From positions 868,001-932,000 of the forward strand of contig JAHDYR010000012.1 of assembly GCA_019828565.1 (NCBI GenBank): a DNA stretch of 64,000 nt, read 5' to 3'. Source of the DNA: Carpediemonas membranifera BICM. Its lineage: Eukaryota; Protista; Fornicata. A program made the translations under genes and the position numbers. The notes under the pieces are model-generated. The model ran no database searches, was not told the origin of the DNA, and worked only from the letters and a program-made list of their open reading frames with translations. This document shows positions 10,838-23,283 of this stretch, piece by piece. Position 1 is the first letter of the stretch, and every line of letters starts with the position of its first letter.

Positions 10838-11932
10838 ATGAAGGTATACCTCTTTACTTGGATCAAAAGCTTGTCCTTTGCTTCAAATCAAAATGTGCCA
10901 TTCATGAAAAAAAATGGCACATTGCAAATGGACGAGAAATACGGAGAATTCGGCACGCGACGCATCAGTAAGGACCAAGAAGTCTTTGAATGTGTCTGTG
11001 GTAAGGTTCAGCTCAGGCGTGGACATCGCGGGATCGGTTTCAAGTCTTCTTCCTCTCACGAGTGTCCTTTTACAACAGAGAAGTTGATTAACCGACGGGT
11101 GCTAATCACCATCGAGCCGCTGCATGGTTTCGAGACCCCGACTCAGCCCTACCCCGTCTTCCGCGTGGAAAGTCTTGCCAACTCATCTGGCTATCATTTC
11201 AAGCTCAAGACGGCTCTAGAGCTCGTTGATGATGAGTGGCTGACTGCCGTTGCCCGCACCTTTAAGTCTACGTCCCATCTGGCCGAGGTACTTGAGGAGT
11301 TGGCGTCGCAGTACTCTAACTTCGACACTTACTGGGTGATATCGGGTCATTCTGATACAGAAACGTCGCGTATGATCATTGATACGTCTACGAACGAGTT
11401 TCTGTATCACCATGATCTGGTCCAGCTCATCCTCAGGTCATTCGAGAGCCCTTCCTTGGTGAGATCGACGCGTGTGCGTCTGATTTACTTTGCCACCTGC
11501 TCCGGACTCGACAGATCTGAGGAGTCTCAGCTGTGCAGTGCTATTTCGACAGCCAAGTACAAGAACACATGCATTATCCTCACTCCTGAGAAGGTTCTGG
11601 CGCATGAGCTTGTTCTCCAGGACGCCTATTGGCTCTACCGCGTGACATGCCTCGACAATCCTCTTTTCTTTCTGACGAAGTACTTCTCTGGCTATCGTTT
11701 CGCGCCTGGCTCAGCAGGAAGACGGATTATAGCCAATGGTTCCTTGTCATTTCCCAACGAGGCCAGGGTCATCATGTCTGAGACTAGCTATGCCCGGCCC
11801 ATTCCTCTTCCTGAAATGCAAGACATCGTTTCTGATGTCAACGAGTATGACCCGTTAAGAACCGACCAGAGAAGACTTATGAATGATCGATACATAAGCA
11901 TGATGACCCGTGCGCTTGAGAGAGACGTGTAG
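10838..11932 (+). CDS. Second, identical copy of the caspase/CHAT-like gene
   Basis: Translation identical to 8051-9145. Confidence 0.6.
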   Translation: MKVYLFTWIKSLSFASNQNVPFMKKNGTLQMDEKYGEFGTRRISKDQEVFECVCGKVQLRRGHRGIGFKSSSSHECPFTTEKLINRRVLITIEPLHGFETPTQPYPVFRVESLANSSGYHFKLKTALELVDDEWLTAVARTFKSTSHLAEVLEELASQYSNFDTYWVISGHSDTETSRMIIDTSTNEFLYHHDLVQLILRSFESPSLVRSTRVRLIYFATCSGLDRSEESQLCSAISTAKYKNTCIILTPEKVLAHELVLQDAYWLYRVTCLDNPLFFLTKYFSGYRFAPGSAGRRIIANGSLSFPNEARVIMSETSYARPIPLPEMQDIVSDVNEYDPLRTDQRRLMNDRYISMMTRALERDV

Positions 11933-11975
11933 TAAACAGATATATATACAATTTATGATCATCTCTCACTAAACA

Positions 11976-13166
11976 CTAAACAATCGGTCTCATGCCCTCT
12001 ACTCGCTTATAGACAACCTTACATTTGCTGCAGAGGGGAACGATGTACAACTTGCCATCAATGGTGTACTGCACTTCCTCAGAGCAATGCTCACAGTACC
12101 ACCAGTGACAGCCTCGGCAGCAAAGAAGAGTAGAAGCCTGTTCTTCTGCTTTCTTCGTGTTCTTGGATCTTAGGCCCTTTTTGCACGCCTGGCACTTGTT
12201 GCTAGAGCCGGTAATATAGCACGCGGGACAGTAGTCCTTCTTGCCCTTCGTCCTGACACATTGCTCGTGCAGGAAACCTTTGCAAGCACAGCATCTCCTG
12301 AACGTAGTGCCGTCTGGATTGAAGAACCACTCGGGGGTACCACATACAAGACATCCAAATAGCATTTTGCGCTGATGAAGGCTAAGGAAAGTCGTCTTAC
12401 ATGTCTCGGGTTCGGTAGGCGGGTCTCTCACACGGGTCTCTGAGACAACGTCGTTGATCAGGACCTTAATACGGTCAACAACAGCATCGGACACGTTGTT
12501 AGACACCTGCTGCAGATCGTCGTCACCAAGCCTGGGTCGCTTGGCTTCCTCGTCGTCAAAGACGATCTTCTTCCGAACCGGCACCGATCGATCTGTCGTT
12601 GACTGAGGTGTGTCTGCTTCATCACCAACACCAAGTGAAGACAGTTGCGTAGTCGACCGTATCGGTGGGATCTCTGCCTTGATCATCGTAGTCGGGGTCG
12701 ATTTGACCGTTGCCTTTTGCTTGACAGGCTTATATCTCACCCGGTTGATCACAGGCAAGTTCTCAAGGCTGATTGAGTCGGAAACATCGTTCAGTCCAGC
12801 ATCTGAGAGAACTTCTGAGAGCATCTGGCGGAACTCGGCATGGCAGGGCTGACTACGGACAGCAATGTGCTGCATGACAGAGCCATTGTACTCCGCAGAG
12901 GGTCTAACTGCTGTTATAAACGTAGTAACGCCGACAACAGTCGTCCGCCTGACCTGTTCCCGGAGTTCAATTGACTTGAACCCAGGGCATTCGGCGGCGA
13001 CCCTGCGCTGGACCTCCAGAAGTACCTTATGGATGTCGCGTGCACTCAAGCCGAGGTCAGTTGCCTCGTCGTCCTCAAATACTGAAGAAACAACGGCTGT
13101 AACAAATGAACGACGGAGATTTGCGAGCTTACTGTTGCCATACTGTCTGATGGGGGGCGTAGCAGC
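11976..13166 (-). pseudogene. Second copy of the PHD gene, lacking its first 11 codons (cut by the Helitron-like end)
   Basis: Reverse complement of 6817-8007; identity stops at 13166. Confidence 0.85.
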
Positions 13167-13917
13167 TGTAAGTTATGGTAAGGTATTGCGGATTTTGGGG
13201 GGTCCCGGTACGGGACCCCTGGGCCCCTGCCAGGGAAGGCGACACATGCAGCGTGTAGCCTACCCCAGGGGTCCTTCGAACATGCATTGAAATCTGGGAC
13301 AACGCAAATATTTTATACTAAATTTTCACGCTCAAAAACGGGACCTCAAAATTGGACTTTGAGGTCAGAGCACACGCTTACAGACGGCGTTCAGGGCTGC
13401 AGATTACTTCTCTGGATAGCTGTGCGTGACAGCTCGGAGGCGCTACATAAGCTCCATTCAACTCCGTCGTCTTTACATTGAATTATGCATAAATAGTTGT
13501 ACGACAAAAATGGCGATTCCTAACAATTTGTGCAGTACAGCACGAGGCCTGAGGCTTCATGGCTGCTGGATTTGGTGGACTTAAGGGTCTCTGGCGGTAT
13601 GATTGAGTCGCGAAATCCACCCGAATCTAGAGAACTGCCCGAATTTTTGACCTTTGGCCTTAAAAGTTTGGAGTTGGGATAAGCCAATGCACAGTTGTGT
13701 TGGGTTCCTTTCGGTGTATACGGGATTTGTCAGAACGCCCCTGAACGATGGCTCAAAAAAAAGTTATGGCCACGTCTTATATCGACTCGTCGAGCCGCAC
13801 TCGACCAGGGCACCCGGGGTGCTGAGGGTCGGAGGGTCCCGCGGGGAGCGCGGGCCGGAGACTATTGATCGTTGGATTGATTCGACCAGATGTGCAGGAT
13901 ATGGCAGAATTCGAAAG

Positions 13918-14403
13918 ATGCCCGAAGAAGACACGGGCACGCCCAATCCGCAACAAGAGGAGATACTAAGGGTTCTAGGCGAGCTTTCTGGCCGTTTAGC
14001 TTCGGTTGAAGCGAACATCGCGCAGGGGCCCGATTACGACGAGCCAGTCAATGCAAGAAACCGCTCATTCCTCAACACGCTCGCCGATTTAGAACTTCCG
14101 CAACGCTTTGGTCCCCGCGATGAAGCCAGATTCATCAAAGAGCTTCTAAGGGACATCGCCACCGACATGCTCGATGCCAACACACTTCGCCTCCGACTCC
14201 TCGGCCGCTATAAGCTACTGCTCCTCAAGGACGATTACGATGACGCGGCAACCGACTATGCAGCTGCTGCCCTCAAGGCATCCGTCATTGAGTCAGAGCT
14301 AGACATCGACGCCATCATAGCCCGCGCCAAGATGAAAGGTAAGCGCAAGAGGCGTAATTTTCAACCGGAGGGCGGCCACAACGGCCGCCGCTCGAGGTCC
14401 TAG
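13918..14403 (+). CDS. PAT-like ORF1 (gag-like, 161 aa)
   Basis: ATG lies inside repeat A; predicted helical protein with a basic C-terminus; identical in unit 2 (17457-17942). Confidence 0.75.
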   Translation: MPEEDTGTPNPQQEEILRVLGELSGRLASVEANIAQGPDYDEPVNARNRSFLNTLADLELPQRFGPRDEARFIKELLRDIATDMLDANTLRLRLLGRYKLLLLKDDYDDAATDYAAAALKASVIESELDIDAIIARAKMKGKRKRRNFQPEGGHNGRRSRS

Positions 14404-14425
14404 CCTTTCCCTCCACTCAAAAGCG

Positions 14426-17171
14426 ATGGTGGGTGTGGGAAAGATTCAAGGCCTCTCAGCAAGTCGTGGGCTGGATCAGAGAAGGGATCCCGGTCGAGCT
14501 CACGCATCCTCCCCCTCCGGCGCGTCCACAAAACTCGATCGACCCGCGTATCTTACCCAAACTCTCCAAGATGCAGGAGGATGGTATCATCGAGCCGACA
14601 CGACTTTCAGAACTTCGCCACAGCGCCCCTCTGTTCGCCGTGGCCAAGGGGCAGGACATTCGTGTAATACACAACCTCACGCGTCTCAACCGCGTCTCGA
14701 AAGAACGTCGCTCCTTCCGACTCTTCGGCATCAGACGGGCCATCAACACGCTCAGCAAGAATGCCTGGATGGCCAAGATAGACCTCCGGTCTGGATATTC
14801 TCAGCTCGGCATCAAGGACAGCGACAAGCCTCTCCTGGGGATCGTACTTCCAGACGGGCGAGCATTTCGCTACCGCACCCTCGGATTCGGGTGGACGGCG
14901 GCACCCTTCTTTTTCCAGTCCACCATGATCCAGGCAGCGAAGATAATCGCCCTGCGGCACCACGTGACAGTCAACGTATACCTAGACGACTTTCTTCTTT
15001 CCGCCGAGAGCCAGGCCCACCTCAAAGCAGAGCTACCACGGGCCATGCAAACTCTGGACGCCCTCGGACTAATACCATCTCTAGAGAAGTGCATTCTGGT
15101 TCCTTGCCAGTGCATCGAGTTCCTTGGTCTGCTTCTGAACTCGGCAGACCAGACCCTTCGCCTTCCAGTCGACAAGGCGGAGAAATACCAAGCGTGCATT
15201 ACCGACGCCCTCGCTCAACGCCGCATGAAGGCGGAGGACTGGGCGAAGCTGGTCGGCAAGCTGTCCTTTTTCGCGACATCCGCCCACAGAGCCACACTAA
15301 AGCTCCGGTCACTGCCAAGGGCTCCCTCGGACTGGATCGACATCACACCCTACGCCTCAGAACTTCGAGAATGGCAAGAGCTGTTGTCCAGCCGTCCAAG
15401 CCGCCCCTTCGTGGAGCTGAAGAACATGTGGCAGAACGACCAGACCCTCGAGCTGGTCATATCAACCGACGCCTCAGGCTCGGGCTGGGGCGTCCAGTGG
15501 GCAGCCACCACGCAGAGCAGCCACGGCTCCTTCAATGGCGCGCTAGCCAATCAGTCAATCAATGTGAAGGAGTTGGCAGCCGTACTCTTCGGCTCGCGCC
15601 TGGTGCCAACACAGCCTCAGACGAGACGCCTGACCGTGTATTCCGACAACACCACGTGTGTCGCTTGGATCAACAAGGAGGGCAGCTCGAAGGCTCCGCC
15701 AATGGCCCTGCAGATCCTCCACTCCCTTTACCGCGAGATGAGCGCGAAGAGACTGCTCATCAGCGCCCATCACACTCCAGGTCATCTCAATCTAGCTGCA
15801 GACCGCCTATCTCGGGGGTTGCTCACACCACCCCACGTCCTCGAGCAGATCCTGTCCAGCTGGGGTCCGGTGGACGTAGACGTAACTCCATACCCAGACC
15901 ACAGTCTACTCCTCCCAGGGTTCGCTTCCCACCTCCTGGCAAGACGGGATGGACCGGGACTGGCGCGGACACCGGATCTATGCGGCACCACCCCCGTCGC
16001 CGATGATACTGGGTCGGGTCTGTCGAGTCCTGAATTCGATCCTCGCGACCCGGACTACATCCCCTCCGTCAACCTGGACCTCAGCCGTCTTCCTCGTCGT
16101 CCCAGACATCACATCGCCCGAGCTCCGACTCCTCAAATCACAGGCAACTTGCAAGATCGCCTTCTCCATCCCCAGGAGCGACTTCGCGTCCGACAACCTC
16201 CCTCTCGTAGAGCGCCTGGCCAAGCCGAACGGGAATATCCGCTTCATGGCCCTCGCCTTCCAGACCTGTTCACCAGCATCGTCAACCACCCAATACTCGC
16301 TCACATGCGCAGACACGAGACGCGCCGAGCAGTAGCCGGCTGGATCACCGCTTTTATAGAGTTTCGAGGCCAGGACTTAGACGACACCGAAGTATACCGA
16401 GCCTTCCTCGAGGAGGAGGCAGAGCATAACGCCCCAGCCACTGTAGAGCGCAAGGGCTACTGGATAGAGCGAGCCGCGCCCCTGTTCTCCGACTGGCTTC
16501 CCAGTCCTTACTGCTCTCAGATTCGACGCGGCATCGCCGCCCACGCCTCGACGGACGGCATGACAGGTGGCTCGGCGCCCATACTCAAGGAGGACATGCT
16601 GCGCGCAATCACTCGTCGGAACGACAGCGTCTCGGCTTACCAGGCGACCCTGTTCGCCGCGATCGCATACCTAACAGTCAGCCGTGGGGCAGAGATATTC
16701 CGCCTCACTCCTCACGACATCGTCTTCAAAGCCAACGGAGACGTCCAACTCCTCATCGGCCAGACCAAGACTCAGACTAAGGTGTCAAAATCCCTGCCGA
16801 ACGTCTTACTGGGTCCCTTCAACCCCGCATTCGCGCTGAAGAGATGGGTTCTCGGCCTCCGCTTGCCGCCAGATGTCGGCATCTGGAGAGTCATCACCTC
16901 CGACCGTACAATCAGCCGACGGAAGGCGGCCTCCATGCGGTACATGCGAGATGAGCTCCGGAGGACGTTCAACGACGACCGCGTTGGCCTCCACAGCTTC
17001 CGCAAGGGGGCCGCCTCCGAGTTAGCCCTCGCCGGGACACCCCTCGAGACCCTGCTACAGCTGGGCACATGGGCCAATGGCAACTCACTCCGCCCCTACA
17101 TCGGCGAGGCCATCAGAAATCATCCGTCGCAGTTAAGAAAAACTGCTGAGACACTGTTCTCATCCCATTAA
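14426..17171 (+). CDS. PAT-like ORF3: long N-terminal region overlapping ORF2, then tyrosine recombinase
   Basis: ATG ORF 14426-16006 joins the YR frame once the extra C is removed (unit 2 reads ...PRVRFHLLA|RRDGPG); YR motifs SRGAE, TKT, HSFRKGAAS, GTW...Y. Confidence 0.8.
14433..16335 (+). CDS. PAT-like ORF2: RT - RNase H - adenine-methyltransferase-like domain (extra C at 15928-15930 in this copy)
   Basis: IDLRSGY, LGFGW, YLDD, TDASGSGWG, INVKEL, SDN, ADRLSR; with the unit-2 CC run the frame continues WGPVDVD...DGMDRDW...IYAAPP...FLVVP, matching the DIRS MT-domain pattern. Confidence 0.85.
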
Positions 17172-18853
17172 ACACCATCGCACCGAGGATCGTCATGGCG
17201 ACGTCCGGTGAGCCGAGGCGGCAAGGAGCCGCTGGCACAGAAGCTTGCATAGTGCAGCTAACTCCCTGAGGAGGACGGGATTGGTCGGTTTCCCATTTGG
17301 ATATGAGTTAGGATGCTAGGATACTCTAGCGAGCAGCACTCGACCAGGGCACCCGGGGTGCTGAGGGTCGGAGGGTCCCGCGGGGAGCGCGGGCCGGAGA
17401 CTATTGATCGTTGGATTGATTCGACCAGATGTGCAGGATATGGCAGAATTCGAAAGATGCCCGAAGAAGACACGGGCACGCCCAATCCGCAACAAGAGGA
17501 GATACTAAGGGTTCTAGGCGAGCTTTCTGGCCGTTTAGCTTCGGTTGAAGCGAACATCGCGCAGGGGCCCGATTACGACGAGCCAGTCAATGCAAGAAAC
17601 CGCTCATTCCTCAACACGCTCGCCGATTTAGAACTTCCGCAACGCTTTGGTCCCCGCGATGAAGCCAGATTCATCAAAGAGCTTCTAAGGGACATCGCCA
17701 CCGACATGCTCGATGCCAACACACTTCGCCTCCGACTCCTCGGCCGCTATAAGCTACTGCTCCTCAAGGACGATTACGATGACGCGGCAACCGACTATGC
17801 AGCTGCTGCCCTCAAGGCATCCGTCATTGAGTCAGAGCTAGACATCGACGCCATCATAGCCCGCGCCAAGATGAAAGGTAAGCGCAAGAGGCGTAATTTT
17901 CAACCGGAGGGCGGCCACAACGGCCGCCGCTCGAGGTCCTAGCCTTTCCCTCCACTCCAAAAGCGATGGTGGGTGTGGGAAAGATTCAAGGCCTCTCAGC
18001 AAGTCGTGGGCTGGATCAGAGAAGGGATCCCGGTCGAGCTCACGCATCCTCCCCCTCCGGCGCGTCCACAAAACTCGATCGACCCGCGTATCTTACCCAA
18101 ACTCTCCAAGATGCAGGAGGATGGTATCATCGAGCCGACACGACTTTCAGAACTTCGCCACAGCGCCCCTCTGTTCGCCGTGGCCAAGGGGCAGGACATT
18201 CGTGTAATACACAACCTCACGCGTCTCAACCGCGTCTCGAAAGAACGTCGCTCCTTCCGACTCTTCGGCATCAGACGGGCCATCAACACGCTCAGCAAGA
18301 ATGCCTGGATGGCCAAGATAGACCTCCGGTCTGGATATTCTCAGCTCGGCATCAAGGACAGCGACAAGCCTCTCCTGGGGATCGTACTTCCAGACGGGCG
18401 AGCATTTCGCTACCGCACCCTCGGATTCGGGTGGACGGCGGCACCCTTCTTTTCCAGTCCACCATGATCCAGGCAGCGAAGATAATCGCCCTGCGGCACC
18501 ACGTGACAGTCAACGTATACCTAGACGACTTTCTTCTTTCCGCCGAGAGCCAGGCCCACCTCAAAGCAGAGCTACCACGGGCCATGCAAACTCTGGACGC
18601 CCTCGGACTAATACCATCTCTAGAGAAGTGCATTCTGGTTCCTTGCCAGTGCATCGAGTTCCTTGGTCTGCTTCTGAACTCGGCAGACCAGACCCTTCGC
18701 CTTCCAGTCGACAAGGCGGAGAAATACCAAGCGTGCATTACCGACGCCCTCGCTCAACGCCGCATGAAGGCGGAGGACTGGGCGAAGCTGGTCGGCAAGC
18801 TGTCCTTTTTCGCGACATCCGCCCACAGAGCCACACTAAAGCTCCGGTCACTG

Positions 18854-21800
18854 TGTGAAGGGTGCACTGCTTTATGTGGCGACACCAATTGTGTCGATTC
18901 GAGACGGCCATTGACCGTATCGAGATCAGGGAATTATATGTAGAGGGTAATTATATGTATATATATTATATGTATATATCACACTACCCCCTCCCCACCC
19001 AAAAAAATAAATCCTCACTCCTGAGAAAAAAAATCCAGGGCAAATCTCTGACCCTTGACGTAATCGTCCAGAAGTCGGCGGATAGTCCAGGAGTCGATAA
19101 ATCGTCGAGGAGTCCGCAACAACGAAGTTCGTCGTCGACATTTCCCTAATGGCGCTTCGGGATGGTTCCTTCCAGCCTTTTCCTACTTACTGATGTCAAA
19201 GTGTCCAAATAGTCGTCCAGAGCTCTTAGCTGCGCATTCGCCGCGTTCAACGGTTCCCAAGTGGCTTCATCTGGTTCAAAACCGGCCCATTCGATCAAGA
19301 TGGCCGAACGATTCTTCCTACTACCGAGCTTGTGGCCTACGATCCTTTCGACAACGAATTCCTGATGATCCCGTGCCGCTAAGCGCACCGCTTGCTCCAT
19401 CGAGACCTTAGCCACGCTTATCCGTTCCTCATGGATCAGTACCACCTTGTGCGAGATTAAGTCCTTCATGCGCCAGGTGTTCGGGCTTTCCCCTTGCCCG
19501 ACGGCCTGCATCGGTCCACGGGCCTTAGCAGTCAACTTCGTCTGTCTCGTTGCCCACCTCACAAAATAGAGGTCGCCAGTCCGTACCTTAGACTGAGACT
19601 CAGCCGGCTGTTTCGCAGCCTGGCGGCGTTCATACTCACCCACCGCTTGTTCCGCTGCCGCTCTGAAGCCCTGCCGAGCCCGTGCCCACTCTGCCAGATC
19701 CGCCGGGGCCCCGACAGCCTCCGCCATCGGTGCCAACTGCTCGGCCGACTTAAGAACGGCGGGTGAGATGCCGAAGAGGCATTGGAGTGGGCTCATGCCC
19801 CCTAGCGTGCTGTGTGGCGCGCTGTTAATCACCAGCTGCGCGACCGGGAGCCAGTGCTCCCACTGGTCGTCTTCCGCCTCCAACAACAGCTTGCGTAGAG
19901 CTCGGACCAACGTGCCATTGGCTCTCTCCACTATGCCATTACTAGCAGGATGATATGCGGTGGAGAATCGATGGTTGAGGGTCAGTCGAGTCGTGACTTG
20001 GTTGACGAGTTCATTTCGGAACTGCGAGCCTTGGTCAGTCTGGATCGTCTGTGGTACTCCCCATCGACCACACACGCGGGCAACCACCTCGGCCGCCCCC
20101 TGGGCGTCGGTGCTCTTCACCGGGTAGACGTCCACGTACTTCGAGAACGCATCAATGACTACGACAACGTACTGGTTGCCGTGCGGTGATTGGGGGAGGG
20201 GCCCGATAGTATCAAGCTGCACCACCTCGAATGGCTGCCTGTGCTGCGTGGAGTGCCAGGGGACTCTCGTACGCCCCGGTTCCCGTGCCTTCTGGCATAT
20301 GGGGCACTCTTCGACCCACTGGCGAGTGAAGGGTCTTATCTCCTCCCATCGATCACCCGCCCGGTCCTGCATTGCTGCCAATGGAACGTGGCCCGCACTG
20401 CCCCCATGTAGAGACTCTAGTAATGCACGAGCGTCGTCAGGAATCTGTTGCCGGTCGAGTAAGTTTGTCTCCATCGGCAGTCGGGATAGGGCATCCGCTA
20501 CTACGTTGTCCTTCCCGGCTACATGCCGCAGCCTGAACGGATACTCGCCCAGGATAATCCTCCACCTCTCGAGCTTGGCGCTGAGGTCCTTCCGCTTGTG
20601 AAGGAATAGTAGGTTCTTGTGGTCGGAACACACAGTGAGGTCTGGGTGTAGCTTGAACAGCGGGGCGAGGTCGGGCTGTGTCACGCAGTGTACAATGGCG
20701 TATAGTTCCTTGTCATACGTCGACCACCGCCCTTGAACTGCCGAGAACTTCTTGCTGAAAAAGGCAACTACCTGTTCTTCCCCTGGGTCACCCTGAAGCA
20801 GGACCCCGCCGATGCCCTCGTCAGAAGCATCAGTGTATAGCTGCCACGGCTTTGTCAGATCGGGGAACACTAGCGCCGCTGCGTTCGCTACCGTCTCTGC
20901 GAGCTCGCGTACTATGCCGTCGTGCTCGTCGGTCCACTGCCCCATATCCTTGATCTCGTAGAGCGGGGCGAGGACCCTCTGGCAGTCCGGTATGAACCTT
21001 GCCAGATAGTTGAATTTTCCAATGATGCCGCGGAGATCTGTCATGTTGTTGGGCCTAGCTAGGGCCCTGAGCGAGGCAATCCTCGACTCCGACACGCGAC
21101 TGCCGGTTCCGTCAATGACGAACCCGACCACTTCCACGCTCTTGGCTCCGAACGTGCACTTCTTGGGTGCCAGCCTTAGTCTGGCCGCTCTCAAACACTC
21201 GAAGACCGTCCGGAGTGTAGCAAGGTATTCCTCTGCCGTCCGGGCATAGTTCAGAATATCGTCGATGTACACGCAAGCGCCCTTGTGCAAGACTGGTGCC
21301 AGGCTGCGCTGCATCTCCCGCTGGAACACCGCAGGAGCATTCCTCAAGCCGAACGGCGTGCGAACAAACTCGCAATAGTCGTCGGGGGTGACGAACCCCG
21401 TCTTGAAAACGTCTTCGGGCCGGACCTTCATCTGATGGTACCCTGAAGTAAGGTCCATACTGCTGAACCACTCAGCACCTGCGGCCTCGTGGACGAAGGA
21501 CCGTAGGTCCGGCAGCGGGAACCGGTCCGGCTTGGTTACGTTGTTGACCGCAGTGAGGTCCACACAGAGTCGAATAGCCCCATCCTTCTTCGTGGCGACC
21601 ACTATTGGGCTTGCCCACGGCCCACGGCAGTCTCGGATAATACCTTCCCGCTTCAACCGGCGGACTTCCTGCCGCACTAACTCCCGCTTAGGGGGTCCCA
21701 GGTGTCTCGGGCGGCTCTGGATGAGCGCGTCTTCGGATGTATCTATGGCCATGGGGCCAAGGGTAGAAACCCTCCGGGGGTAGTCCCCCGAACAGCTCGG

Positions 21801-23283
21801 CAAACTCCCGGATCAGCGCCCATATGTCGGGAGCTATGTCTGAATCCGGCACAGTGATGGCCGACAGTGAGTCATCCAACGTCTCCTCCACCTGATTAAT
21901 CTCAACATCAATGTCATCCCCATCGTCGCCATCCTCGGCCTTATCGATGAGCCTGATGAAGAGTTCATCGTTCGTCACAACTCCGAGCTCGCGAAGAATG
22001 TCTAGACCGACGATGGTCTTGACCGGAGCGCCTGGGAGTACCACTAGCCGTACCTGTATCTCGACGTCAACCGGCGTCAGCCTCTCCAATATTATTGTAG
22101 CGGTGGCATAGGTGTTTGTCTTCGACACTCGCTGATCAGCGGTCACGTAGTGTATCGTTGGCCCGGTGCAAGTTGGTAAGTGAAATTGTTCCACTGCTCC
22201 CTCCGTCACCGCTGAGAACGTCGCCCCTGTATCCAAACGAAACGAACACTGCTGGCCATTTATTTGGCCGGAGGTCATGAGGGGCTTGGCGTTCTCTAGG
22301 AGGTTCACCTCGGGCTTGCCTGTCGGACACTGGGAGTCCCAGTGCCAGCCACCGCAGCTAGAGCAAGGGCGATGGGGAGGCTTCTTGGCCGGGTCGACGT
22401 CGTTGGCCTTGTCGGAGCTGTTGTGGCGGGGCTCGCGACGATCGGCTGGAGAAGAGCGACTGTCGGACGGAGAAGGCTTGGAGGTCTGGCCTCGGGGCTT
22501 CTTGGACTTGGTCTTTGCCTGGGGCGGCCTATAATAGCCGTAACGTTCGGCTTCTTGGCGGGCCGCGTCGTCTCGCTTTGCTTCTCGGGTGGCTAGGGAG
22601 TACATTGCCTTGAGGTTCGAGGGGCGCTTGACTTTGGCCGCAAATTTGACCGCCTCTCGGAACGGCTTCGGCTCCAGGGCATCGATGAAGAGCTTCATTG
22701 CTTGGCGCTCCATCTGTGAGACGTGGTCCTCAATGAGGCCACCCTCACTCTCTGACTCCGAGTCGCTGTCCTCCATGTCGACGAATGTCGCACGGAAGGA
22801 CCGGATAAACTGGCGAATGAGTGCTACACGTTCGGAATGTTCGTCTGTGGGGCAAATGAGGCTTTGGAGCTTTGACTTAAGCTCGGCAGTGGATGACGGA
22901 GCCAAAAAGCGATGCAAGTAGTCCGCGATGGTTTCGTCGTCTTCGTCGATGAGATTCTCCTCTCCGAAGAAGTCTTCCAGGAGGTCCAGCGTCTCGGGAG
23001 CCATGAAGGTAGCCATACGAACGTTGCGGTCTCTTGTAATTGCCTTGAGACGGGCAAGATCCGTTTGGAAACGGCGTAGGTCTTCAGAATTAAAGTCGGC
23101 ATCGAGCGACGGGACAATCATTGAGCTGGGGATCATTACCGCAGTGTTAACACTGTGAAGGGTGCACTGCTTTATGTGGCGACACCAATTGTGTCGATTC
23201 GAGACGGCCATTGACCGTATCGAGATCAGGGAATTATATGTAGAGGGTAATTATATGTATATATATTATATGTATATATCACA
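18854..23283 (-). mobile_element. Gypsy chromovirus E3, full length 4430 bp
   Basis: Identical 130-bp LTRs 18854-18983 and 23154-23283 (TGTGA...TCACA), TSD ACTG, PPT GGGTGGGGAGGGGGTAG. Confidence 0.97.
19146..23136 (-). CDS. E3 Gag-Pol with chromodomain; 1-bp frameshift near 21770
   Basis: CSSCGGWHWDSQC, LDTGA, YIDD, YTDAS, integrase DTIGP/TDQG/VER, C-terminal FVVERIV...IEWAGF..EATWEP. Confidence 0.93.

Larger units (their letters stand above)
6817..13166. repeat. Long inverted duplication: arms 6817-9572 and 10413-13166, 840-bp spacer
   Basis: Arms are reverse complements with only isolated differences (e.g. ATGCCC vs ATGTCC, A-run length). Confidence 0.95.

Noticed and set aside
14433-17171. 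912-aa RT-RNase H-tyrosine recombinase fusion as a novel protein
   Set aside because: It depends on one extra C (15928-15930) absent from unit 2; removing it restores RT-RH-MT plus an overlapping YR ORF
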